A stretch of 63,054 nucleotides of DNA, the filler included, from Rozella allomycis CSF55 (taxonomy: Eukaryota): NCBI GenBank assembly GCA_000442015.1. It is 3 parts of 3 records of this genome, joined end to end, with 100 filler letters (N's around TTAATTAATTAA, not from the genome) between each part and the next. Parts side by side here need not be neighbours in the genome. Positions count along the whole stretch, not along the records: positions 22,468 to 54,301 come from KE561208.1; positions 54,402 to 63,054 come from KE561214.1; 1 more part is not named here. One strand, 5' to 3'. Made by a program: the position numbers and the translations under genes. The notes beneath the pieces were generated by a model. It had not been told where the DNA came from. It was given only the letters and a program-made list of their open reading frames with translations, and searched no databases. Below, in pieces: positions 48,446 to 60,700 of this stretch; position 1 is the first letter of the stretch; the number at the start of each line of letters is the position of its first letter.

Positions 48446-49470
48446 ATGGATTCACTTCAATCCCAGCAAAAGGTTTTCCATTTACTTTGGTTTAAATTAA
48501 GGTTATAAAATTCAGTAGCAAATTTAGAGGCTAATTACTTTTCTCCAAGAATCTTTCTCATTTGGTTGTCTACGAGTAACATGATATGATATTGTTTTTA
48601 AGGGATTTAAACATTTTGAATTATATTTACGCGGTAAAGAAGAATTGCTGCTTCGTGTCTATAATGAAAAGCCAGATAGCTCTACGAGAGCATCTTACAG
48701 TGCAACAGGTGAAGCCACAAAACGATTTCAGTAATCATGAGCAATACTCTGTTTTAGCAATAAACTTTTTCTCTCGCCAAGAACCCAGGAAGTGTAAGTA
48801 TATTCATATGGAACCATTAGAATTGCGAATTCAAATAACATCGACGAAACATTTGTACATTTACCACCTGCTAGTCCATGCGATAATGAAATGGAAAAGG
48901 TAAATCCGTAATTTATCGTTCAAAGAGCACGGATCAAACTGCTTTTCTTATTGCAGGTTATGCAAGATACAAATGTCCATTGGTTTGGCTACGGTCCAAT
49001 CATGAAAGAATTCTCGGAGTTCGTTATAAAAGTGAATTAGATTATCCATTAAGATTGAAAACAACTTCCTCTTGGAAAACATCTGGTATATCATATTTTT
49101 ACAATTTATAGATGTTCATGTATACGACATTGTAGAAGAACTACTTTCTGTTGCAAATAATACACCCGTTAGCAATCCTTTCGCAATAGACCACACTTAT
49201 TTTGATACTCTGTCAATTGAAGAAAGTATCGTTTGTTCTAGTGCACTTCTCAATTTTTTGAATAAACTATTTCAACAAGAAAGACCTTATAAAAATGAAA
49301 GTAACAAGGCTTGCATTTTNAAATGAAAGTAACAATGCTTGCATTTTGATACAGTTTGGAAGGATATGCAAGCATTAATGAAAAGACACTTGAATGAGTA
49401 TCAAGAATTGGTTTCATTCACTGGATCTCAAGATAACATGAACTATGTAACATCAATAAAAGCCTCTTAA
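48446..49470 (+). CDS. Conserved-looking uncharacterised protein, many tiny introns
   Basis: Spliced translation: FLQESFSFGCLRGFKHFELYLRGKEELLLRV..TAFLIAGYARYKCPLVWLRSNH..PLRLKTT..NPFAIDH. Confidence 0.65.
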
Positions 49471-49527
49471 TGCCATATGGCTATTCAGTCTGGTGTCTAA
49501 TTATAGTTTTCTTCCGACTTTTCGTCC

Positions 49528-50835
49528 ATGAACCAGAGTACGAAACATCAGTACCTGTTTCTGAAATGGCTCTACTTCATTTGTTTCATGGCGTTCTGCT
49601 CTGCGCCAAATTACATAACTCTTTACTACGGGACTGTGATGAAACTAAATCCTGACTCTATAGGATACATCAGAGGCATATATCCGTTAATTAGTCTTGC
49701 TTCAGTACCTCTATGGTCTTTTCTTGGAGAAAAGAAATTCGGGGTAAAGTCGGCCTTAATAGCTTCTACTTTTCTTGGGACCGCGAGCTTTATGACACAC
49801 CTCTTAGTACAACCAGATTTCAATACTTTCACTTTTCTCATGATTATAACTATTGCAATGGCGATATTTCAGTCACCTACAGTTACTCTTTTGGATTCAA
49901 TGGTGTTGATCATCCTGGGAAACAAAAAGGACCTATATGGAAAGCAGCGACTATGGGGGTCTCTTAGTTGTGGAATAAGTTCATTTATCACGGGCATTGC
50001 AGTCAATAAGATCTCGCAAAGCTTTATGTTTTGGTTGTTTCTCTTGTGGTCTGCGATCTTTTTACTTTCTTGCCTATTCATACGTTCTCAAGCTGATCCT
50101 AAGGATGATAATGCTGAAAAATCTGTTGATAAAGATGACAAAATTCTAAAGACAAAAAATATTGACTTGGAAAATAATTCGGGCAGCGATGAAGCTTTTT
50201 TGGAGGAGGCAAAGAATCACGATACACGTTTTTCTTTAGGAATTGATGTCATAATGTTCTTTGTTATGATCACATTAGTAGGGATATCATTTTCAGTTAT
50301 TTCAAACTATCTTTTCATTTTCCTGTCAAAAAGGGTGGGAGCAGATACCGCTATTTTAGGAATTAGCACACCTTTCAGTATCGCTCTAGAGGTTCCAACT
50401 TTCTATTTCTCTGAGTATCTTATTAAACGATTTGGCATAGCTAAAATGATTTTCACTACTCATTTGCTTATGATTTTAAGAGTGGTTCTGTATATGTTCA
50501 TGCCAACTTTTGTCCCCAATGCTTACTATATGCTTCCAATTGAATTACTTCATGGTATTTCATATGCCTTGTTATGGTCTGCCGCTGTTGCATTTGTTCA
50601 AAAGAGAGCTCCAAAAGGGTTAGGATCCACATTCCAAGGAGTATTGAGCACCCTATGGAGCAACATGTCCAGTAGCATCGGGGCTGTGTTAGGTGGTATT
50701 ATATATCAAAGGTAAAAATATAGTTTTTACGAAACTAGGATGGGTGACTTTTATTTATGGGGTTTTGTGGGGATTACATTATGTCTTAGCCTGTGTGTTT
50801 TCATAATCAGTATTAAAACGTGCAAACGATGCTAA
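49528..50835 (+). CDS. MFS transporter (MFSD6/MFS_1-like)
   Basis: About 12 hydrophobic helices; YGKQRLWGSLSCG, EVPTFYFS, IELLHGISYALLWSA. Confidence 0.9.
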
Positions 50836-51295
50836 ATTTTAAATAAAATGCCATTATTTATAGACAATTAACTTAAAAATTCAGCAAAATATGTTAACTT
50901 TATTGATCAGAATGTTCTGGTTTTCTCCAACGTCCGTACTGGATCGATTTTGTCTCATTGGATCTTAAACCTCTCTGAGCATTATCGTCGTCGGCAAAAG
51001 AAACTCGATTCATTCTCTGTTTGTTGTCTGTTTCAGGAGATTTGTACGCCTTCTTTTCTTGTTGCCTAGATGATAGGGATTCATTTGGAGGCGATGATCC
51101 GTTTTGATGATTAACGCCCTTTTGTTTTAAAGATTTCATATTTGAAGTTGCCACTGTGACCTTTTTATACAATCNTTTGTCGTTGTGACCTTTTTATACA
51201 ATCCATCCGACATTAGAATTGTGCAATTAGTAGCACCAATGGCTTTACACAACTTNGTAGACAATTAACTTAAAAATCAGCAAAATATGTTAAAT

Positions 51296-52000
51296 TTATT
51301 GATCAGAATGTTCTGGTTTTCTCCAACGCCCGTACTGGATCGATTTTGTCTCATTAGCTCTTAAACTTCTCTGAGCATTATCGTCGTCGGCAAAAGAAAC
51401 TCGATTCATTCTCTGTTTGTTGTCTGTTTCAGGAGATTTGTATGCCTTCTTTTCTTGTTGCCTAGATGATAGGGATTCATTTGGAGGCGATGATCCGTTT
51501 TGATGATTAACGCCCTTTTGTTTTAAAGATTTCATATTTGAAGTTGCCACTGTGACCTTTTTATACAATCCTTCCGACATTAGAATTGTGCAATTAGTAG
51601 CACCAATGGCTTTACACAACTTTATCATTTTTTCTCGCTTTTCAAGATCATTATCAACTTTAATTTCATAGAATTGTAGGTATTGATTTAAAATTTCATC
51701 TCCCATTTTCAGGATGTCGAAAACATCATTAATATATGGCAAGGACTATTTTGGAAAGCAATTCATAATTACCATTGGCGGTTCATTCGGGTTATTATCT
51801 GAACATGGTACAATTTCAAAAGGATAAGATAAACCGTTTTCACGAGTGGAATTCACATGTCTTGCCAAATCTGCTTTCGTGACATATAACCTTTCCAATG
51901 CATCAATCCTGTCAATTATGTAATTAATTTGTTCATAAAAGTCAATTGAAGTATTTGATTTAACATCTTCAGGTTCTGTTTCTTCTTCGCGGTGATTCAT
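51296..52000 (-). CDS. Protein with a Mug135/DUF1773-like domain; 3' end duplicated at 50900-51255 across N joins
   Basis: ARHVNS..YPFEIVP..LPYINDVFDILKM..YLQFYEI..KLCKAIG pattern. Confidence 0.55.
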
Positions 52001-52448
52001 TGGCAAGCAAATTCAAGTTTCAACAAATTGTCGATCCTTATAGTTTGTTAAAAGTATATCATTTTTGATTTACTTTCGATCGATCATTATTAAACTACCA
52101 GTTATTGGAAGGTTTTGTGAAAAATTACCACAAATCCTAAAGTTTCACCCAAGAAAGTACAGGAAAACGAATTTCCAAAGCTATATCTGAATTAGTAAGC
52201 TTTTGTATTCTGATGCTCGAACAATCTTTTGTCATATTTCAATTTCAACTTGAGCCACCAATTACGAATGCCGAACACAAAAAGTGAATCCATAGAAAAT
52301 GGGCATGCAATGGAGACAAATGATCAATACTGTAATTCGAAGTGCGGAAAAAGCGCTTTTCGCTTCGATGGATTAAGTTGNTGATGTTCGAACAATCGTT
52401 TTTGTCATATTTCATAAATGTAATTTCAACTTGAGCCACCAATTACGA

Positions 52449-53402
52449 ATGCTGAACACAAAAAGTGAATCCTTAGAAAATGGGCATGCAATAGACACAA
52501 ATGATTGTAATTCGAAGTGCGGAAAAAGCGCTTTTCGCTTCGATGGATTAAGTTGGCCAAGTAAAATACCATGGTGCACAATAAGCAGGCATTGGAACTG
52601 AAAAAAGGATTTCTGAGACAGAAGAAGAACGTGTCTCACGCATGAAAAGAATGCGTGAAGCTGTAACGACGCTATTGGAATGTATAGGCGAAGATCCCAA
52701 CAGAGATGGTTTGCAAGACACTCCTGAACGCTATGCTAAAGCATTGCTGTTTCTCACGAAAGGTTATGAAGAAAAGATGTCAGGTAAATATTCTAATATG
52801 TATCTCAAAAGGAAGATGTTTTGAATAACGCTATTTTTGAAGAAGACCATGATGAAATGGTGATTGTGAAAGATATAGATGTGTTTTCAATGTGTGAACA
52901 TCATTTAGTTCCATTTTACGGAAAGGTAATGCATCATGTGAATCATGAGTAATTAGGTATCCATTGGGTACATCCCCAACAAAGACGTCATTGGTTTATC
53001 AAAGCTGGCCAGAATATCTGAAATGTATTGTAGGCGATTACAAGTCCAAGANGGTTCCATTTTACGGGAAGGTAATGTATCCTGTGAATCATGAGTAATT
53101 AGGTATCCATTGGGTACATTCCCAACAAAGACGTTATTGGTTTATCGAAGCTGGCCAGAATATCTGAAATGTATTGTAGGCGATTACAAGTCCAAGAAAG
53201 ATTGACAAAGCAAATAGCAAAGGCGATCGACGAAATGTTAAAACCAAAAGGTGTCGCGGTAGTTATGGAGTGTTCTCATATGTGCATGGTGATGAGAGGC
53301 GTACAGAAGCCGGGCTCAAAGACAACTACATCATCAATGCTGGGATGTTTCAGATCTGATTCTAAAACCAGGGAAGAATTTTTATCATTAATTCAGAAAT
53401 AA
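52449..53402 (+). CDS. FOL2: GTP cyclohydrolase I, multi-exon, with an assembly duplication around N 53052
   Basis: [61 protein letters not shown]. Confidence 0.95.
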
Positions 53403-53421
53403 ATTGCTTAATATTTATACC

Positions 53422-54220
53422 TTATACCTCGGAAAAGGTTTTGTAATTCTCCCCAGCATACGACTGGGCTAGCATGGAGCCATCCGTGGTTGGTTGAGAA
53501 AATGCAAGATTGGCTTTATCCAATTTCATTCCTAAGGCGAAAGAAGATCTAAGAAACTACACAAATTAAAATACCTTAGAGCATCTAACATTTTGGTCGC
53601 TACACCTTTTCTTCTATAGGATTTCGATACCCACACTCGTGATATTCCTGCCAGTCCATTCTCAAGTGGGAAAGCAAAAATCGATCCGATTATAAAGTCG
53701 GATTGTATGCATATGTAAACCTATAATACACTTTAGCACTAGTAGATTACCACCATTGAATTAAAACATTGATTGGGTATATCAGCTCCACCAAGGTCCA
53801 TTTGTACAGCGTCCAGAACTTTATTCAGCTATGTATAGTTAATTGACTCTGGTTACAAATTTTCTAGTTGATGTCTTGCACGTTTGCCAACTGTACTTCA
53901 ATATCCTTTTTGTCCCGTCCCGATCAGCATACTCAAGAACTGTAGTTCCTTCCTTTTGAATCAAGGGCTTTTCATTTAAAAGTAATTATATTACCGAACA
54001 TTTAATACTGCTATTCAATTTTTCTTTGTGATACGCTTCATGTGCTTTAATATCTTTGTCGATATGTTTGCTATATAACATTCCGCAGAACTCGCATAAA
54101 ATTGAAATCTTAGACTTCGGATTAGATGAAAACGATAAGAATCGTTGTCTATAAACTTTTTTATCCTTGGGAATTTTGAAATATCTGAAATATATGATTT
54201 ATTGGAAAAAGTACAATCAT
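53422..54220 (-). CDS. ECO1: Eco1/ESCO cohesin acetyltransferase, multi-exon; start approximate; absent from the ORF track
   Basis: Zinc finger CEFCGMLY..DIKAHEAYH; GISRVWVSKSYRRKGVATKMLDALR; AFSQPTTDG. Confidence 0.88.
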
Positions 54221-54301
54221 TTTTAAAAAGGAGTGATATCTTTAAAAGGGATGGCTTTTAGAAAAGCCGAATTAATTAGATTGTTCGCTTATTTAGCACC
54301 A

Positions 54302-54401
54302 NNNNNNNNNNNNNNNNNNNNNNNNNNNNNNNNNNNNNNNNNNNNTTAATTAATTAANNNNNNNNNNNNNNNNNNNNNNNNNNNNNNNNNNNNNNNNNNN
54401 N
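54302..54401. other. Artificial contig linker (N44-TTAATTAATTAA-N44)
   Basis: Same 100-nt structure as 22368-22467. Confidence 0.97.
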
Positions 54402-55029
54402 GTGATTAGTAATAATTTGGTATTGAAGATTAAACTATATGCACATAGGTTATAAGTTAAGTTTATCGTTTTGGTAATCATTTGATGGTAAAGGAAAGCT
54501 TATATTTCAATGTGTATATAAAATGGAACAATTGGCATTACAAATCATGCATCGCGAATTAATTAGTGGTAACAGTGTTTGCGGAATCGGCTTACTTGAT
54601 ACAAGTATTTCAAATGAACAAAATTCATCAGGTAATGTTCGCATACTATATTTATGAAAAAGTGAAACTCACGTTGGAAGTGTGGACGTTAAGCGTTGAC
54701 GGAAAATGTGAGAATGAGATGGTGGAAATTGAATGTATGTTTTATACAGGCAATAATGTCAAAATTGAAAAGTCCTCAACTGGTATCTTTCTATATGGAC
54801 ATTAACCTTAGTATTTTTTACAGGCACGATACGTCCAACACATGTTCAATTAGATTCGTTAACGTATATTGGGCCGTCAGATACGTATTATGTCGGTATG
54901 TGTCCATTATGGATAGTTGCTCATGTATTAATTTTAACTTGTGAAAAACTCCCAAATTCGGAAGTATCAAAAGCCGAAGGACGCTTTAAAGTTTACCGCG
55001 GTTTAGGTCAAGGGGGTAATGAAGAAGTG

Positions 55030-55440
55030 AAAATCGTTATTTACATAATATTAAAGAGTGAAGAAATAAAAATTGATGTAGATCAATTGTTAAATAAAAT
55101 AAAGAAATCAAAAAAACTGGTTTGGGAAAGCATTTTTCAATCTAAAATGGATGCAATTAAGTTACAATCAGATTCCCATTTTTTGAAGACTTTTAACTCA
55201 AAAAGAAAACAAGCCATCTATAACGACAAATCTTTTAATACAAAATTGAATAATGTACTGCAAACATACGTTGGTGACCAATATGAATGTTCCGATATAG
55301 TGGCCTTAAAGTCTTTGAAGGACTGTCAAGCCCAATGTATTCATAGACGAGTATAAACATGATTACCCCATCGGTGGTATTATTGCATTAGAACACGGGG
55401 CTAAGCTAAGAGGAGAATACAAGATTACATTTTCTTTGTA
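55030..55440 (+). pseudogene. Possible disrupted 2OG-Fe(II)/PhyH-like coding fragment
   Basis: VALKSLKDCQAQCIHR then, in another frame, DYPIGGIIALEHGAKL; resembles 'S..GC..Q..HxD..P...I.AL' but is broken by a frameshift or stop. Confidence 0.25.
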
Positions 55441-55596
55441 GCAAAAAGCATGCAAACATAGATACGCAAAGTACATACCCTATATCATTTAAAGATGAAT
55501 AGCAAATTTAAAATCAAGAATAAAACTAAAAAATTGTTCTTTTTAATATATCAACTTTTCTTTATCTAATAATTATATAATGAATGTTATCAATAA

Positions 55597-56590
55597 TTCC
55601 CACCACCTATCTCAACATTCACAATTTTCTTTGGTATTACATTTAATATTTTCAGTTCATAAACCAAATTGGAAATTGAGACGATCATGTGATGGTAAAG
55701 AGCAATGAATCCAAAATCGTTATCTCATATCTAATTTCAAAAACATTCCAAAATCGTTATCTCATATCTAATTTCAAAAACATTCAGGAATTCATTTTAC
55801 TGCTGTCGTGAGCATTTACTATTATCCAGTTACCAGTACCTCCTGCGAATACTTGTTATATTTATAAATGTCTATAAATAGTGTAAGTTTACAAACCAAA
55901 TTTGATATAAAGAGCAATAAACTACTACCACCTATCTCAACAACCATCTTATTCTTTTCTATCTCAATAACTATCTTTAATACTTAACTTGGCATATTCA
56001 ATATTTTCACTTCATACACCAATGTTGAAATGGTCATTTGATTTACTATTATCTAGTACCTCTTGCAAATACTTGTTATATTTTGTGATAAATATAGATT
56101 CTATAAATGCTGTAAATTCATAAACCAAATTTGATATTAAGAGCAACTACTACCACCTATCCCAACAACCATCTTATTCTTTACTTAAAGTAGAGAACAA
56201 TGCATCCAAAACTTCCACCATCTATCTCAATAACTATCTTTAGTACTTAACTTGACACATTCAATAAATGGAGACGATCATGTGGGTAAAGAGTAATGGT
56301 TCCAAAATCGACAACTATATCTTGTAATTCAAAAACATTAAGAAATTCATTTTACCGCTGTGGTGACCTTCATTTACCATTATGCAGTACCTCCTGCGAA
56401 TTCCGAATCTCTTTATCTTGTTGTATTTTGTAATAAATATAGATGTGTATAAATGCTGTGAATTCATGAACCAAATTTGAAATTTCAAAAACACCAATGC
56501 ATCCAAAACTACCACCACCTATCTCAACAACCATCTTTACTTAAGCTAAAAAGCCGTATTTAATACTCTGAACCAAATTTGAAACTTGAT
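55597..56590. repeat. Diverged complex direct-repeat region
   Basis: Recurrent blocks CCACCTATCTCAACA (~55603, 55928, 56153, 56515), AACCAAATTTGA (x5), GAGACGATCATGTG (x2), AGTACCTCYTGCRAAT (x3); perfect ~37-nt tandem duplication at ~55712-55786. Confidence 0.75.
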
Positions 56591-57561
56591 ATACTATTAG
56601 ACTCAAAAGTAAATATAGCAGCGATTAAAACGCAAAGAAAATAAAACAACATTTTATTATTTCAATTAAATTTATTTGTAAATAGACACAAATGNACAGT
56701 ATTCATTTGATGGAGGATCGTCTATTTCTGAATTATTTCATTGTTGGCAGTTTGATTATTTGGGTCCCGTTCCAGTTAGTAAGAATGGAAATCGTTATGT
56801 GTTGAGCTTTGTTGAGGTGTTGTCTGGATATCCTTTTGCAAAAGCTGTGAGTGATACAACAGCTACAACAGCTATAGATTGTTTGAAAGAATTGGTTGCA
56901 TTATTTGGAGTTCCTGGAAAAATTATTTCTGATTGTGATAAGGGATTTACTAGTACATATTTCAGAGAAACTTGTGGGAAAATGGGAATGTTTGTTGAAT
57001 TGATTCCGGCATATCAGCCAGAATGGGTAGGTTATGTGGAAGGTCGGAATAGAACTTGCCGTTACGGAATTACGAAGAGTGTAGCAAATGGAAACTTTGA
57101 TAGATGGGATGAGCATTAATTGAATATTTTACAGGGTTATCGCGCTAGACCGCATAGTAGAACAGGGAAGTCGCCTCACTATTTGTTTTTTGGAGTAGAA
57201 GCGAAATTGCCTATGATTAGTAAAGATGATGAGATACTTGAGGGAAATGAAGTGTTGAGAATTGCAGAAATTTAGAATATTAATGGAATAAGATTTAATT
57301 GTATCAGAGAATCGAAATCGTCCTCTATTGTACCTCAGTTTGAAGTTGGTTCGTTTGTTTTAGTATTAAATTCGAAGATAAGAAAAGGGAATATTTGGGA
57401 TACGAAGAAACCAAGATACGATGGACCATTTAGAGTATTGAAGAAATTAGAGAAGAATGTTTATTCGTTGTTAGATGAATTCGGGAAAGAAAGTGAATTT
57501 CATGTATCGAGATTGATGAAGTTCATTCCACGAAAGAGTGCTTTGTCCTTAGAGGAGATAG

Positions 57562-57717
57562 AGTTAGAGGGTTTAGAAGGTCATGGAAGCTTCAGTAGTC
57601 ATGGAAACCCTACCCTATATAAGANTATCTTTCTGTGTTTTTTAAAGAAATTGAAGATAAACCTCAGTTACCTTATTGTTTGGTTGCTATCATCTTACCT
57701 TTTGTCATATTATAACT
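57562..57717 (+). mobile_element. Putative LTR with AGTTA...TAACT termini (contains an N join, true length unknown)
   Basis: Preceded by purine tract AGAGGAGATAG (57551-57561), contains TATATAAG, and is followed directly by the PBS-like sequence and the gag ATG. Confidence 0.6.
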
Positions 57718-57736
57718 TTCGCGTTATCAGCACGAC
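57718..57736 (+). promoter_or_regulatory. Putative primer-binding site complementary to the tRNA-Ile(IAU) anticodon arm
   Basis: TTCGCGTTATCAGCACGAC is the reverse complement of GUCGUGCU-GAU-AACGCGAA, a typical eukaryotic tRNA-Ile anticodon stem-loop with I34 read as G. Confidence 0.6.
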
Positions 57737-60700
57737 ATAAGANGATAAGATGGAGAATACTGAGAATAATAAGAAGAAGACTATCATGAATGTGGCTGCT
57801 GGAAGCTTATTTGAAGGGTTGCCTCCGAGGTTTGTTGGCGACGGATCGGATATTGATTCAGTGGATTCATGGGTCAGTACGTTTAAGATGGTGATCAGGT
57901 TGAAGGGGATTGATGATGATACTGCTACTCAGTTGTTTGGATGTTGGCTGGTTGGGGAGGCTAAAGCATGGTATTTGAAGCGGTTAGACACAGAGGAGGC
58001 CAAGGCTTGGAAGTTGAACGATTGGTTGGAATGTTTGATTACTCGGTTTGCCATTGTGGATCGCAAGAGGCAGGAATCCTGGGAGGATTTGGTTGCCATG
58101 AAGGTTGATGCTTCGCGACCGTTAGANCTGGTAGGTTGGGAAGGCTAAAGCATGGTACCTTAAGCGATTGGAGACGGAGAAAGCCAAAAGGTGGAAGTTG
58201 AACGATTGGTTGGATTGTTTGATCACGAGGTTTGCTGTTGTCGATCGCAAGAGACAGGAGTCCTGGGAGGATTTGGTTGCCATGAAGGTTGATGCTTCGC
58301 GACCACTGGATCATATGAACAATNTTTGACTCTGATGTTGCTTGGGAATTGCTGAAGTCGACAGATTACGATAATGTGGATTGTATTACTTTGCAGAGAC
58401 GCGCTTTAGATTTGTACAGGTTGAGNGATGTTGCTTGGGCATTGCTGAAGTCGACAGATTACGATAAGGTGGATTGTATTACTTTGCAGAGACGCGCTTT
58501 AGATTTGTACAGGTTGAGACAGAAGAAGGAAGCTTTGGGTATTTCGTTGGGAGGAACGGGGCAGGTGGTAAGACCCCAAGAGTTGGGAACTTCGGGGCAA
58601 GTGGTAAGACCCCAGGAAGCTAGTCCTACAGATCCGGTGCTGTCAGCGAAGATTGAAGATCTTACGAAGCAGTTGAATGATTTGGCTCTCATTGTTACGA
58701 AACCCAAGGTACCGAAGGACATGTCGAAGATTACATGGTATAATTGTCAGGAAAAGGGACATACTGCTGTGAGGTGTCCACAAGGGAAGAAAGAGAAAGA
58801 CGCGCCAGGGAAGACACTTGATGCGATGCTGGCTGTGACTGAAGAGATCGATGTTGTGAACAGTGCTGCTAAGAGGATGCGCGTTTATGATTTGTTGGAT
58901 GCGTATCAGGAAGCACGTCCACCGCTCGTGAAGAGAGGATTGGTGACGCTGAAAAAAGGTCCGGAGAAGAGTCCGGAGAAGAGCGAGGAGAAGAGAGTTG
59001 AGACGAAGAAAGATAAGAAGGGTGGAAGAAAAAATGTTGTGAAGAATAAGCCAGTGAGTTTTGTAGTTGGGAAGATTTGCCACCAAGAGATTCCTTTGTT
59101 TCTTGATGTTGGAGCCACTTATAGCATTGTCAGTGAGAAACTGTTGAAGGCGTTAGGTGTTGGACTTACCANCGTTGATGATTTGTTGGATGCGTATCAG
59201 GAAGCACGTCCACCGCTTGTGAAGAGAGGATTGGTGACGCTGAAGAAGGGTCCTGAGAAGAGTCCTGAGAAGAGTGAGGAGAAGCGAGTTGAGAAGAAGA
59301 GAGATAAGAAGGGTGGAAGAAAAGTTGTTGTGAAGAAGGAGTTGACTGAGCGGTTATTGGATGCTACCGCACCATTGTCGCTTCGTGAGTTATTTCAGGT
59401 GAAACCAGCTGCGATCGATGATATGATCAAGACTTTGAGGGGTTTTAAGAGTAATATTGATCGGAAGAAGAATTCGATTTTATCCGGATTTCAAGAAGGG
59501 TCGATTAACGAGGGGAAGACCAAGCCAGTGAGTTTTGTAGTTGGGAAGATTTGCAACCAAGAGATTCCTTTGTTTCTTGATGTTGGGGCCACATGTAGTA
59601 TTGTCAGTGAGAAACTGTTGAAGGCGTTAGGTGTTGGGTTTACCAAGGAGAATGCTGGAGCCATTAGACCTGTTGACGGGCCACCAGTAGCTGTGTTGGG
59701 TACTGCGACGCTTTTGATTGCGTTCTATGACGATGTGGTGATTCCGGTGAAGTTCAATGTATTAGGAAGATGCACAGTCCCAATACTAATAGGCATCGAT
59801 GTTTGTCAAAGTTTGAAGAGTAAGATCGATTACAAGAAATAGACTTGGACTTTTATTTATGAAGATAAGAATGTGGCTTTGCAGCTCTATGCACGTGACG
59901 TTATGATTCCGGTGAATGAGGTTGTTGACGGGATCGGAGGCTGAAGACGAGGAAGAGAGCTTGGATCGAGATTCAGAANTACTTTTATTTATGAAGATAA
60001 GAATGTGGCTATGCAGCTCTATGCACGTGACGCGATGATTCCGGTCAATGAGGTTGTTGAGTCGGGATCGGAGGCTGAAGACGAGGAAGAGAGCTTGGAT
60101 CGAGATTCAGAAATTTCGGAAGACGATGATGCGAATTTGTGTTTATTTGTGAAGAAGTGTGAATTGACAGATACAGGGTTAATTGTGGAGACGATGGAGG
60201 ATAGTCCCGAGAAACCAGATAGATTTAGCGAGATTGTAGAGAAGATTGAAGGGTTGAATGAGGATCAGAAAAAAGAAGTTGAAAAGTTGTTGAGAGAATA
60301 TGAAGATTTATTTCCTACTAAGCATATAGAGATGCCGGGAATTAAGGGGAGTTTGTACCACCTGGAAGTTGATCCGAGTGCTAGACCCATTAGTTCGAGG
60401 CTTAGACGGTATTCCCAGAAGGAGAAAGAGGTTATTAAGGCGGAGATCTAGTCGATGTTGGAGAACGGAATAATTGCCCCAAGTGATTCTGAGTGGAATT
60501 TTCCGATTGTGTTGGTGCCAAAACCAGATGGATCTCTTAGATTTTGTGTGAATTTTAAATTGTTAAATGCGNGACTTTTATTTATGAAGATAAGAATGTG
60601 GCTTTACAGCTCTATGCACGTGATGCTATGATTCCGGTGAATGAGGTTGTTGAGTCGGGATCGGAGGCTGAAGACGAGGAAAAGAGCTTGGATCGAGATT

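Noticed and set aside
59840-59842. In-frame TAG after the protease as programmed readthrough
   Set aside because: The copies are degenerate (e.g. TAG at 60449 where the parallel copy has GAG), so it cannot be distinguished from a nonsense mutation.
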